Shown piece by piece: positions 31,101-41,800 of a stretch of DNA of 64,000 bases. The notes below the pieces were generated by a model. The model was not told where the DNA came from. It did no database searches and saw only the letters and a program-made list of their open reading frames with translations. Position numbers and translations under genes: made by a program. Numbering within the stretch: position 1 is the first letter of the stretch; each line of letters begins with the position of its first letter. Location of the stretch: IMG/VR virus record IMGVR_UViG_3300028591_000171, positions 1-64,000 of that record; one strand, 5' to 3'. The DNA is from a virus (taxonomy: Duplodnaviria > Caudoviricetes).

Positions 31101-32938
31101 ATCCTCACGCGGTGTTGTCTCTTCCGTCATATATCGATCAGACAGACAATAAATACACGCAGGAGATATTGCCGTATATATTCGACAATGACTCTGTTGT
31201 TATTGGCGGATATGCGAAGATACCATGGAACGATGAGTGGTATAAGGTTGAGCAGAGGCAAATGCACAACCCGTTCTCAATATATGACACAGAGTCGTTG
31301 AGTGAGAATGACAGGTATCTGATGATCGGTGAGATTTACTACGATTATAATGAGACCGGCGCCGTCGACAACAGATATGGCGGCGTGTCCGATTTCGCCG
31401 TTGAAAACAACAGGTTTATTCCAGCAGGTCCAATGCTCAGATTGTCGGAGCTTGATGAGTTTAAGGTGACTCCTTCTCCAGGAACGACAATACTATTCGG
31501 ATATAAGGTTCCTGGTGACAGTGGTGACACATACTTCCAGAGATGGGATTGCATGAGGACAAGACCTTATGGTGACGGTGATGAGAACAATGTCATTGAT
31601 GTAGTCTCTGTTATGCTTGAGACTCATGTGAACATAGACGGAAGGACTGACAACTATCGCGGGACAAAGTATCTGGCGTCTGTTGACCCTGAGAAGTTCG
31701 GCAATATTAATCCGGTATATTCGCAACAGGATAACTTCTTCTCCAGCCGTCATCTTGATGAGGACTTTGACCAGGACACATACCGCTCGTCAATTACATG
31801 GACTCTCGACAAGACAGACTCCGCCGATATAGACGAGTGGACTCATATCACTCTGGCCAACTCGCTGAAGCTTGACGGCGACAAGGGTGCGTGCCAGGCG
31901 TTGAGGAGATTCAACAACACCATCATAGCTTTTCAGGACAGAGCCATATCAGAGATACTGTTCAACTCAAGGACTCAGCTATCAACCACAAGCGGTGTCC
32001 CTGTCGAGATAGCCAACTCAGGTAAGGTTGACGGTAAGAGATATATAACCAACAAGTACGGCTGCGTCAACAAGTGGTCCATCATAGAAGGGAAAGCAGC
32101 CCTGTATTTCGTCGACAATATCAACAAGGCGTTCTGCGCTTTCGGCGGACAGGGGATACAGCCACTCTCTACCAAGCTCGGATTTGACGCGTGGTTCAGG
32201 AGAATCAACAGTGTCAAGCCTTGGGCTCCGGATGCTACGTTCAACAATATTGTGGCCTATTACGACAGGATACATTCTGACGTGTATCTTATCGGCACTG
32301 GCGAGGCTTACGGTGACATACCTTGTCTCGTGTACAATGAGACTCTCGGAGTGTTCACCAGCTTCTACGATTACTCTAAGGTTCCGATGATGGCCAACGT
32401 AGAGGACAGGTTTGTCTCTGTGCGTGACCACAAGCTCTGGCTCCAGAACGAGGGGATGTACTGCAACTTCTTCGGCACCGATTACGGGTACAGTGTCGAG
32501 TATAGGGCGACTCCTGACCCGTATGGTGACAAGATATGGACCAATGTGGATTACAGGGCTGATTATTACAGGCTTCTTGACAATAACGCCGACAGTGTCG
32601 TGCCTGAGCGTCTGATGATAAACGGTGAGTATTACGATGACATCGCCGGGACATATCAGGACGACAAGACCTTTGACTCGTTGAGGATATGGAATGAGTA
32701 CCAGAACACCGGCGAGGTTGCTCTTGGTATGGATTACACGACAGACAAGACCACTAGGCGCAAGTTCCGTATCTGGCACGTGGCGATTCCAAGGTCAGTC
32801 AAGACTGAGAGGAACAAGTGGGGTCTCGACAGGATTCGCAATCCTTGGATAAGCTTGCTTTTCAAGAAGAACGCCAATTCAGACAACAGAAAGGACATGG
32901 CGCAGATACATGATGTGACCGTAAGATATTTCGAATAG
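28184..32938 (+). CDS. Muzzle / tail stabilisation protein
   Basis: 1584 aa; GMSRD.SVSK...YEN.NIRIT start and DRIRNPW end typical of crAss-like muzzle proteins. Confidence 0.8.
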   Translation: MRQKAVTLVNRGMSRDMSVSKIDGSSVYENRNIRITVRDNDTMLSVTNERGNKEYSLNESIHGELLGWNVLNNHVILFTHEGDSTDRIYRIDYENGGFTNHLLYPTNNEQGSLGFDMDHPIESIVYHETEAIQKIYWVDGIHPLRFMNFMATSDEMSGWQNDSFDSNISSDYSVEVDITKDYSGNNRPNGVIQYLMTYYNKHGQETGYVWMSDLVYLSPKDNGGSADGTNTCKVTFRIKFDENNRFTNFRIYSVFRSSLNIAQASYIVADGEIVDDYITVVDDGYHVEAQDISRLLYLGSQNVNPTTITHKDQTMFLGGLETTGQNYGWLKDLISLYHIYDEETGLIDEIYPGTHWVEFMLDGGIPYPDNTGDYYYESQLLYSSSEILTFKGGEKYRFAISLKTKDGAMTPAFWIGDMVNNLYPVIDENNHVIQRVVARFVIPKDMYDEIVNRGFTAVQLMMAEATYADRSVKAQGIVNPTMFNVWERYNDRLYSMSSWFSRPRGEGVASGHFSPVNNSISSTGEIQCNYWDTEKVPTPFYEVVGGHIVDELDGVSDYDFLKIIYSYKHAKSHRGSNNDEFYITMFIIKASGTEPSDSFTSADQTTMLGAWDWTNLSVAGAVGIRTSEAKGNYKQAYAWIDNTLNNLGITDINMRPLDSEINNWYNAVSDKSYHYQAQGSSLQNVTLLLDALNDAVWNSSNGDPIASANNYTLSLYKRHLMFVDENVVTLDSPELSYEAVSIDIPDNDAYYKFRIVGVAKITGGYSDYTVEATHAHLSGENLIKTPFSSSGEKRDRGCLVTWPLWKENGLVKDNTGNPPPPDKDVEDRTPDYYVYTSNINKYWLYPWNHSGKIDAFTKKDIGDFSTLKSKTFATLRFSGYTRYNSNQYFEDYIPQSIRMFNSTGSQYTGINVSDDKKYYDGSPNMSLSLAGKHKYPVLFSTGSVESDDILTANPQTDAHLFINDPVQITFMSNPHAVLSLPSYIDQTDNKYTQEILPYIFDNDSVVIGGYAKIPWNDEWYKVEQRQMHNPFSIYDTESLSENDRYLMIGEIYYDYNETGAVDNRYGGVSDFAVENNRFIPAGPMLRLSELDEFKVTPSPGTTILFGYKVPGDSGDTYFQRWDCMRTRPYGDGDENNVIDVVSVMLETHVNIDGRTDNYRGTKYLASVDPEKFGNINPVYSQQDNFFSSRHLDEDFDQDTYRSSITWTLDKTDSADIDEWTHITLANSLKLDGDKGACQALRRFNNTIIAFQDRAISEILFNSRTQLSTTSGVPVEIANSGKVDGKRYITNKYGCVNKWSIIEGKAALYFVDNINKAFCAFGGQGIQPLSTKLGFDAWFRRINSVKPWAPDATFNNIVAYYDRIHSDVYLIGTGEAYGDIPCLVYNETLGVFTSFYDYSKVPMMANVEDRFVSVRDHKLWLQNEGMYCNFFGTDYGYSVEYRATPDPYGDKIWTNVDYRADYYRLLDNNADSVVPERLMINGEYYDDIAGTYQDDKTFDSLRIWNEYQNTGEVALGMDYTTDKTTRRKFRIWHVAIPRSVKTERNKWGLDRIRNPWISLLFKKNANSDNRKDMAQIHDVTVRYFE

Positions 32939-32939
32939 T

Positions 32940-33818
32940 ATGGCAAAGTATGAGGATATAATGAAAGGATTCAGCGGAGCTCTCGGAACCTATCCGGGGA
33001 GTCCAGCTTTCGGTCAGTCATTCCTTGACCAGTACCGTAACGCCAATAGGGCATACGGGTTCCTGAACAATTATACTGAGAATGATCTCGCGGGACTAAA
33101 GCCGGCGGAGAGGGCGAATGTTGACGTTTGGAAAGCCGGGTCAAACGCCATGAGGGGCGAGGCTGTCGCCGGAGGCGTAATCTCCGGGCTCAACGGTCTG
33201 GCCACCATAGGGGCGGGTGCTTTGCAAGCTTCGCGGATAAACGACACCACAGGATTCTCCAATCAGATAGACGATCTCAGCAGGGTCGGCACATACGGCT
33301 ATAACAATTTCGACGAGATTGCGAGGGATTACCAGAACACTGATTTCAACCAGTCGATAGACTACGATGATATCCGCGGGATGTCAACCGGACAGAAGAT
33401 AGGCAATGTAGGCACGAGCGCTTTGGCTGGGGCTAATACTGGCATGCAGATAGCCGGTCCTTGGGGAGCCGCCGCCGGCGCCGTGATAGGGGCAGGCGCG
33501 AGTCTCGCCGGTATATTGTCAGGAGACAGGAAAGCTAAGGTCGAGGAGTGTTTCCTCAACGCCAAAGCTGACATCGCGTCTGACATGGCGCTCGCCAATC
33601 TCAACGCGGCGTCAGAGAGGGTATCCGACAGGATGGACAGGAAAGGCGTGATCAACGCTGTAGCAGACGGAGGAAAGATAGGCCGCAAAAGCCAGACGCT
33701 TTTACAGTTCATGGAGAGCAAGAGCAGGAAGCCGAGGCAGAGAAGTGAGGCCACGTTAGGCAGGGTCACAAGATCTTACTGTAACGGAGGAGTTAAATTC
33801 AGGATTAGAGCTAAATAA
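32940..33818 (+). CDS. Putative cargo/ejection protein with Gly/Ala-rich hydrophobic segment
   Basis: GAGALQ and AGPWGAAAGAVIGAG segments; lies between muzzle and cargo genes. Confidence 0.6.
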   Translation: MAKYEDIMKGFSGALGTYPGSPAFGQSFLDQYRNANRAYGFLNNYTENDLAGLKPAERANVDVWKAGSNAMRGEAVAGGVISGLNGLATIGAGALQASRINDTTGFSNQIDDLSRVGTYGYNNFDEIARDYQNTDFNQSIDYDDIRGMSTGQKIGNVGTSALAGANTGMQIAGPWGAAAGAVIGAGASLAGILSGDRKAKVEECFLNAKADIASDMALANLNAASERVSDRMDRKGVINAVADGGKIGRKSQTLLQFMESKSRKPRQRSEATLGRVTRSYCNGGVKFRIRAK

Positions 33819-33821
33819 GAT

Positions 33822-36743
33822 ATGTCAAAGTTCGATACTCACGGCGGTTATTTCGCGCCGAAAGATTACATGAGGATTAACGAGGGCGGCTCCCACGAGG
33901 AGAATCCCAACGGCGGCGTCCAGGTAGGGGTCGACGAGCAGGGAGTTCCCAACATGCTTGAGGAAGGCGAGCCAGTCTATAAGGATTACGTCTACTCGGA
34001 TAATATAAAGGCCAGCAAGAGATTTCTTGAGGCTAATAATATCCCGCCAAAGTATGAGGGTATGCTCTATTCCGAGATTGCCGACTCCATTTTCGAGGAG
34101 GCTGAGGAAAGGCCTAATGACCCTATATCAAGGAATGGTCTTGAGGCCATGCTCGGCAGATTGGCTGACTCGCAGGAGCAGCAGAAGCAGGACAGTGAGA
34201 GGCGTAAGCTTGAGCGTGAGTTGTCAAAGCTCTCGCCTGAGGAGCTTGATGCCCTTCAGCAGGAGTTGGTGGCAGCGGAGGAGCAAGCCCAACCTCAAGA
34301 GATGGCTCCTGAACAGCCAGTTGCGCCAGAGGAACAGATGCCTATTGCGCAGCCTGTCGAGCAGATTCCGATGGAACAGCAGGCGCCTGTTGAACAACCG
34401 ATGCCTATTATGGCTAATGGCGGATTGCTCAAGAAATATGACGATGGAGGTTATTATGGGGGAGGACATTCTGGGCAGAGAATTCAGGTTGGAGAACCAA
34501 ATTTAATGACACCTGGTTTTATAGAATGGATTGTACCAGGAGCAAAAGCCGCTAAAGGCTTTAAATCTGCGGCTGAAATAGGGAAGCACCTTATCAGTAA
34601 GTATGGCCATGACGCTTCATCTCTCATTGGAAAGGTAAGAGATTTGGAATCGGCTAAAGCCGCTGCTGAGAAGGTTCTTAAAGAAGTAAGTTCCATGAAA
34701 CAGCCTTATAAGAGCGTCGGAACCGCTAGACAAGAGTTGCGCATCATAACCAAAGAGTTGGATAAGTTTAAGAAGGGGGCAAAAGAAGCCGAAGAACTCA
34801 TAAATTCACTTAACGCTTCTCAAGCCGCGGCTTCCGCTCCGGAAATAGTTGAGGCTGTTGAACGTGGTAAAAAAGCCGCGGCGGTTACAGACGATGTTAG
34901 AAAATCAATGAAGGGCATCGGAACTGTTCTCAAGACAACAGGGAAGGCTATTGTTGAACCAGGTAGCTTACTCAACACAGTATGGAACCCTAAAGGTGGG
35001 CTTGGAAAAATCGCCAAAGGAGCAACGCGTATTGTCGGTGACGGCGCTTATTATACTTATGGGATACCAAAGCTTGTTGGAGGGATTGGCAATGCTATCG
35101 ATATAAAAAAGGATGTGCCAGTCACGAGTGATTTCAGTGATATGGCCAATGTTGATTTGGTTGGGCCAACGCTTAATGTTAATGCGAAAGCTTGTGGTGG
35201 TACAATCAATAAGTTTGATGGCAAGACTGGATTGACTGGCCAAATGTCTCGAGGACGATTCGCTTCCGATGTTGAGGATTTACGAGACGCGATATATGCT
35301 CAGCCGACCAATGTGTTATTGCCTTTTAATATTGGAAGCACATTGTCTGATGCCAGGAACGGATTCTTAAGTGGCATATCAACTGACGGTTCTGTCGGGT
35401 CTAATCCTTATGAGACCGGTCCAATTTACTCAGGGACTGATTTTGACGAATTCCTCAAGTGGCTTTCCGCTTATAATGGAAGTAGAGACCCAGGTAGGGC
35501 TGATAATACTTATGCCCCGGATTCAAAATTTAATTACGGTACATACGGTAACATTAAGGCCCTTGAGGCCAGTGAACCTTATAGGAATTTCACGGAATCA
35601 ATAATCGACGCCATAAACGGAGATGACCCGGACGCAAGGGAGATGGCCCTTGAATATCTTAGGGCGTATGAGTCTAATATAGCCGGGAAAGCTCAAGGCA
35701 AGATATTTAAGAATCGTGATGCCGGTGAGCTTGCGGATAACTGGGTGGACCAATACAGGAAAGTAAGGACATATCAACCAGGCATAGGTCACTTGTCTGG
35801 TAATTTTAACGACCTGTTATTGAACTATAAAGCTAAGAAAGCAATTGACCGGGATAATGCTAATGTCGAAAATAGAGCCAAAGATACTGCGGCTGTCGAT
35901 CTTAGCGCGTATAACGTTATGCCGAATCCTGATTTGGAGATGGTTGAGGAATCTTTGCCTGATAGCGCTCCTAAACCACCAGTTGTTGGGAGTGGCAATG
36001 GCGCTGGTTCTAATACTGATTATGCCGGAGTTGGTCCTTTCTATCCCACATTCCCGAGGTATGCCGGGGCTATAGGTGCCGGCTTACTTGCCGCTTATGA
36101 TGCTTTCACTCCGCCAGATAGATATACCGCGACGAGAATAAATCCTTATGTCCCAGTCGGCCATATTAACTTACAGAACCAGAGATATATGTCGGTTGAC
36201 CAGAACATGATTCAGAATCAGATGCTGGCCCAAGGCAACTCAACCCAGAGGGCTTTGAGGAACTCTGGTCTTGGCCCTTCCGCCGGTGCTGCTATACTCG
36301 CTGCCGACAACAACACTACAGGTAATCTCGGTACAGGATTCCTGCAGTCTTGGCAGGCGAACAACCAGCAGCGTAACGCTGTGATAGCCGCCAATAATCA
36401 GGCTGAGGCCCAGAGGGCTCACTTCGATTACGCTGTTGATGTGGCGAGGCAAAGGGCTCTCAACGAGGCGCAGATACGCAACGCTCAGAACGACCTTATG
36501 CTACAGAGGCTGAACTATGGAGCTGAGGGTGAGAAATATGCGGCTTTGAGCAACCAGCTTAACGCGGGATTCAATGCGCTTGCCGGAATAGGCAGGGAGA
36601 ACTTCTTCCGCAATCAGGCTAACTCAAACACGGCGTTAGAGGGATATAGGACTCTTGCCGGCGGATATGGCAGGTATCTTCCTGATTATGATTTCTGGAA
36701 TACCGCCGCGTGTGGTGGACATATAAAGAAAAGTAAGAAATAG
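33822..36743 (+). CDS. Cargo protein 1-like ejection protein
   Basis: INEGGSHEENPNGGVQVG...PNMLEEGE..YKDYVYS motif of crAss-like cargo 1; Q/N/A-rich C-terminus. Confidence 0.7.
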   Translation: MSKFDTHGGYFAPKDYMRINEGGSHEENPNGGVQVGVDEQGVPNMLEEGEPVYKDYVYSDNIKASKRFLEANNIPPKYEGMLYSEIADSIFEEAEERPNDPISRNGLEAMLGRLADSQEQQKQDSERRKLERELSKLSPEELDALQQELVAAEEQAQPQEMAPEQPVAPEEQMPIAQPVEQIPMEQQAPVEQPMPIMANGGLLKKYDDGGYYGGGHSGQRIQVGEPNLMTPGFIEWIVPGAKAAKGFKSAAEIGKHLISKYGHDASSLIGKVRDLESAKAAAEKVLKEVSSMKQPYKSVGTARQELRIITKELDKFKKGAKEAEELINSLNASQAAASAPEIVEAVERGKKAAAVTDDVRKSMKGIGTVLKTTGKAIVEPGSLLNTVWNPKGGLGKIAKGATRIVGDGAYYTYGIPKLVGGIGNAIDIKKDVPVTSDFSDMANVDLVGPTLNVNAKACGGTINKFDGKTGLTGQMSRGRFASDVEDLRDAIYAQPTNVLLPFNIGSTLSDARNGFLSGISTDGSVGSNPYETGPIYSGTDFDEFLKWLSAYNGSRDPGRADNTYAPDSKFNYGTYGNIKALEASEPYRNFTESIIDAINGDDPDAREMALEYLRAYESNIAGKAQGKIFKNRDAGELADNWVDQYRKVRTYQPGIGHLSGNFNDLLLNYKAKKAIDRDNANVENRAKDTAAVDLSAYNVMPNPDLEMVEESLPDSAPKPPVVGSGNGAGSNTDYAGVGPFYPTFPRYAGAIGAGLLAAYDAFTPPDRYTATRINPYVPVGHINLQNQRYMSVDQNMIQNQMLAQGNSTQRALRNSGLGPSAGAAILAADNNTTGNLGTGFLQSWQANNQQRNAVIAANNQAEAQRAHFDYAVDVARQRALNEAQIRNAQNDLMLQRLNYGAEGEKYAALSNQLNAGFNALAGIGRENFFRNQANSNTALEGYRTLAGGYGRYLPDYDFWNTAACGGHIKKSKK

Positions 36744-36745
36744 TC

Positions 36746-38869
36746 ATGCCTAAATTCTTGGTAACAAACGGCTCAAATTTTCAGCCGTTCACTTATGAGG
36801 AGATAACAAGGCCTCTCTATGAGATGGCGGAAGCGCATCGCGCGTCTCAGGACCAATATGACGCGATTAGCACACAGACTGAGGCGTTGAGGAATTATAT
36901 AACGGATAATCCCGGGGATAAGCAGGCGAAACAGATGTATGACAATTATGTCAACAAGCTTAAGACTTTGCAGGATAATCTCTGGTCCACTGGATATAAC
37001 GCCTCAACGAGAAGGGATTTGCAGTCAGCCAGGGCTGGATTCGCGAGTGACATCAACAGGATAGGCAAGGCTATCGAGAACAGGCAGGCCAGAAGTGCTG
37101 AGTACAATAAATTCAAACACGAGCATCCTGATATGGTGATGGGTGAAGACCCTGGTCTAAGCGGTCTTGACGCTTATCTTGGTAATGATCTATACGGCAC
37201 AAACTGGTATCAGTATAGCGGTAATCAATTCACAAAGGAAGTGGCCCAAGACGCCGGTAATAGGGTTAAGGAGATGTTTAATGATCCGGAGATGAGTAGG
37301 ACTATCCCTGGGTACATAACTATAAAGAAGCAGCAAGGCGTGACCAGCGAGGATGTGGCTAAGGCGAATGAGGCTGTGTCTGATTATCTTTCTGGCAGAG
37401 CTGATGGATTAAACGGGCTTGATCCTGTGCAGTCTATATTGGCGAAAGTGTTGCTTGAGCATCTTGATTCTACTGGAGCCGCGAATAAAGTTACTCCAGA
37501 GGAATTCGCCAGACTTGTTGATTATGGCAAATCCGGGTTGTCGGCGGCTATAGGCACTTCTGAGTATCAAAATTTAAAAGACCTTGTATTCGAGGCTAAT
37601 CTCGAGTTTAATAACTGGAAGAGAAAAAAGAATTATGAACTGAATAATGGCGGGAGCGGAAGCGGTTCTTCTCAGGCTGGATTAGGAGCCTTCGATTATC
37701 ATACGAGGAAGTACACTGGCGAGAATCAGGAGAAGGCGAATAAGCAAACTCAAGCTTATGATATGAGTAGCGGTAGTTATAAGGTTACTCGCAACGGTCA
37801 GGTGATGAATGACGCTATGGCTTCAGAGCTTGTGTATAGCGGCAATCTGAGGCGAGAAGCTTACAATGTCCTTGGATTTGATATTGGTAGGAGTGAGGAC
37901 GCCAATGGATTGGCTCCCGATTTTATAGGTAACAGTATGTTGCAGGGGCATATTGAGCATAATGGCGTTGAATATGATGTAAGGTATAACCGCAAGAAAT
38001 CTTATAATGGAGAGCAGGGCGTTATTCAGACACGGAAAGCCGGTGAGGGTTGGAAGATATCTCCACAGCTAACGGATTATTACAAGGCCAAGAGATCAGA
38101 ATACGAAGAAACACTGAATGATTATAAGAATAATCATAAAGATGTTTATGATTTGGCTACCATAAATCCAGATAAGCAGTACCGCGATTATAGGAAGCAG
38201 GATGAGCCGTTCCAGACCCCGTTAACAGAATTTAGAAGTGATGTGATGAACAGGCCAGAGAACATGTCAGGTGAGATACGTGAGCCTTATATCGCCAGAA
38301 GGGGTACGGATTCTGATTATATAGACAGGTTCTCATCTTTCATATCTTCATCTTTTAATTTAAGTGCTGACAGCAAAGGAAAGGTTACAGCCGCTAATGA
38401 CAAATCATTAGACAAATATGACGGTACGTCGTCTGGTATACATCTTATAAAGAGTAATGGTGATCTGGATGATAAGACCATAACTGACCCTAGTGATGTT
38501 TTCACTTTTGATAATAAGGATTATAAGGTGACAAACATTCGTGAGTTGAGGTTATCTCCGCAGTCAATTATGGATATTGATTTGTCGGGATACTCTCCTG
38601 CTGGAGGATATATAATAGCTGAGCTTACTGACGGGAGGGAGGTTTCGTTAGGCCTGAATATGTTTGACAGCATGGCTTTATATTCCACACTCGCCAAGTC
38701 CAGGAGTAATATGGATAGGATTATTAATGATCCGGTTTTGAGTGATCGGGACAAGGCGATTGAAATGGTGATTGAAGCGAACAACGCCTCTAGGATGTTA
38801 AGGTCAGCTATAGGATATTATTTACAGCTTGGTTCGCCTTCAGGTACAAGCGCTAAAGATAATAATTGA
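36746..38869 (+). CDS. Cargo protein 2-like ejection protein
   Basis: SNFQPFTYEEI N-terminal motif and synteny. Confidence 0.6.
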   Translation: MPKFLVTNGSNFQPFTYEEITRPLYEMAEAHRASQDQYDAISTQTEALRNYITDNPGDKQAKQMYDNYVNKLKTLQDNLWSTGYNASTRRDLQSARAGFASDINRIGKAIENRQARSAEYNKFKHEHPDMVMGEDPGLSGLDAYLGNDLYGTNWYQYSGNQFTKEVAQDAGNRVKEMFNDPEMSRTIPGYITIKKQQGVTSEDVAKANEAVSDYLSGRADGLNGLDPVQSILAKVLLEHLDSTGAANKVTPEEFARLVDYGKSGLSAAIGTSEYQNLKDLVFEANLEFNNWKRKKNYELNNGGSGSGSSQAGLGAFDYHTRKYTGENQEKANKQTQAYDMSSGSYKVTRNGQVMNDAMASELVYSGNLRREAYNVLGFDIGRSEDANGLAPDFIGNSMLQGHIEHNGVEYDVRYNRKKSYNGEQGVIQTRKAGEGWKISPQLTDYYKAKRSEYEETLNDYKNNHKDVYDLATINPDKQYRDYRKQDEPFQTPLTEFRSDVMNRPENMSGEIREPYIARRGTDSDYIDRFSSFISSSFNLSADSKGKVTAANDKSLDKYDGTSSGIHLIKSNGDLDDKTITDPSDVFTFDNKDYKVTNIRELRLSPQSIMDIDLSGYSPAGGYIIAELTDGREVSLGLNMFDSMALYSTLAKSRSNMDRIINDPVLSDRDKAIEMVIEANNASRMLRSAIGYYLQLGSPSGTSAKDNN

Positions 38870-38870
38870 T

Positions 38871-41800
38871 ATGCCAGAAATGAATTGGAGGGAGCTACAA
38901 GCTCTTAATAATAGCAGGGTAGAGAACGGTAGTGATAGCCAATATGCGGAAATGCCCGATTGGCTGAATGGTTGGGACAGCTCAGCACCAGACGCATACG
39001 AGCAATATAGGGAAAGGTTTAGAAATAATCTTTCAGGGTATATTGACTCGGCTGCTGGTAGACGCAATCAAATATCCGAGCTTGTTAATGAGAGCCTTTA
39101 TGAGAGACAACCTACTCCAGATGAGATGTTGGAGGCTGGCTATGGTCAATCTAAACATGATTATGAGGTCCCGTTCAATGAGTGGGTAAAAAACCCTACA
39201 GATTATAGGGCTAACTCGCAATCAGGTTTGGCTAAAATCATGAACGGTTTCGCCAAGATGGGAGTATATACTGGTACTACTTTTTTAGACAATACTGTTG
39301 GTCTTGTAGCCGGATTAGCTGGAATAGTAGATGACGCGACAAATGGTGATAATAGCTTTACTCCGTTAACATCGTTTGTCAGTAACGAGGGGTTCGCCGA
39401 GAAGATGCAGAGTGTAAGGGACTGGTCCGAGGAGGTGTTCCCTAATTACAGGACTCAAAAGGAGCTTGACGAACAAGACCAATGGTGGAAACATCTTAAC
39501 GCGAACTTCTGGGGAGACACATTTATCAAGAATTTCGGATTCACAATTGGCGCCGGATTGTCAGGATTCGGGTTCGCGAAAGGATTCCGCGCGTTGCAGG
39601 GAAAGACGGTAAATAAAGCGTATAAAGCGGCTATGGCTGCTGCGGCTGGAGATGGTGAGGCAAACGAGGTTTTCCGTAGGGTTCTTCAAGGAGAAGCGAT
39701 GTCTAATCCGGCTGGAATTTACAAGGCGTTTGACAAAGCTAACAGATCCTTCCATAGATTACAGTGGGAGAGCCAGCTTATCGGTGGTATCGGTGGCGCG
39801 TTAGGCGAGTCCAGGACAGAGGCTATTAACGCGGCGAGGGAATTCCGGGAGGATGCCATCTCCAGGGAGACTCAAAGATACGAGAAAGCCAAAGATGATC
39901 TGGCTGCAAGTATCGCGAATGATGAGCGTTATTCCTATTACGTCAATAATGAGCCGTTTCTTAATGGCGATGGTATCGACCTGTATAATAGAGAGTTGCA
40001 GAGACTAACAGATGAGTATCAGCAATCTCTTGGGAAAATTGACACCGAGGCGACAAAACTTGCCAATAGGACATTCGCGCTTAATATGCCATTACTGACC
40101 GCTTCGAATATAATAATGTTCGGGCGCATGATGTCAGGAGGCTTCAAGACACAGGCGAGGGCTAAGGTTAAGATGAATAACTCTGGCGAGCTTTATAGTG
40201 CTGTAGGCGGTAAGCTTGGTGGCGCGGGGAAGGGTTTGATAAACGCCACGTCAGAAGGTTTGGAGGAGGTGTCACAGAAAATATTCTCTGAAGGTACTAA
40301 GCATGTCGCATCTGATAATATGGCGGCGTTCCATAATAGGCAATATGATAAGGATGCTATTAAGGAGTCGTCCGAATGGTTGCTTGATGTCCTTGAGAAT
40401 GCCGGTAGCGTAGTGAATGACCCTAAGACATGGGAGGAATTCACAGTCGGTTTTCTTACGGGAGCAATAGGAATGCCTGCTAGAGGAGGATGGGCTGGAG
40501 GTCTCTATGGCGGCTATAAGGAGGTTATGGATCAACATGACGCCGGAGTGGAAGCCGCGAGAAAACTTAATGAGAAGGTGTCTAATCCTGAGTTCATCTC
40601 GCGTTGGAAGGATGTTGTCAGGCATAAGAGCCTTGAGAATGCCAAGAACGCGGCATTGGAAAATAACGACCAGTTCACTTGGAGGACGGTTCAAGATGAG
40701 CAGCTCTTGGGCGATGTCCTTGCGTTCGCGAAGGCTGGCAGGCTTAATGACCTTGAGGCATTTGTTGATTCACTTGGTAATGTGACTGTTGACGATATAG
40801 CCTTGAATAGGTCAGCGTATGTTGATGACACTAATCCTGACTTTAACAGAATGAGCAATGAGGAGGTTCATGGCTGGTTGAAGGATAGGGTTAAGGACGT
40901 CAAGAAAACCATAAATCAATACCGTAAATTCCACGACGCTATTGATTTCATGTCTTTCGGTACGTCTGATGAGGAGGCTATTAACGAGCTTATATACAAT
41001 GAGACCCAACTGCAAAATTTCGAGGACAGGTACAATCAGATTGTAAATGAGGTCATATCTGATATAAGGCCTAGACTTGAGGATGTGTCAAGGAGATATA
41101 ATAGGGATGGTAGCCCTACGAAAGAGGCGTCTCAAGCCAAACGTCTCCTTGAGTCTGAGTCTGATTTAAGGAGACTATTTGGAGGTGTCGTGTCTGATAC
41201 CAGAGGTGATAATGTGACTGAAAATGGGGAGGAAAGAACTCCGTCGATGATAGACAAGGCCCGTCAAGAGATGGTGCTTAATACCCTTGATGAGTGGGGT
41301 GTGTTTGCCGACAAGCCCGAGACAAAACAGAAAGTGTCTGACCTTCAGAAACTTGTCAGAGGTAGGCAGGAATTCTATTCAAGGCTTTTTGACCCCAGTA
41401 GGAGAAAATTATTCGCGCAGAAATTCGACGAACAAGCCAGAACAGACGACGACGTTGTTACTGAAGTCACAGAGGAATCTCGTCAAAATAATGTTGATAA
41501 CATCTTGTCTAGTCTCCGTAAAGCGAGGAATATAAGGGAATATGTAAGATCATTATCTTCAATTGCTCCAAATGATGAGCAAGAGGCTGAGATGATTGAT
41601 AATGCGATTGGAAACGACGCTGAGCTTGAGAAATTTAACACTGTAATAAACGACGCATCTGAATTTGTCAAGGCGCTTAGTGATGAAATCGTAGAGAAGA
41701 TAAAGAACAATACTGACGTCACGATGTCTCCAGAGCTTGATGCTCTTCAAGATATTATTGACGACACTCCGATAAACGACATGCTGGCTGATATGCAGGA

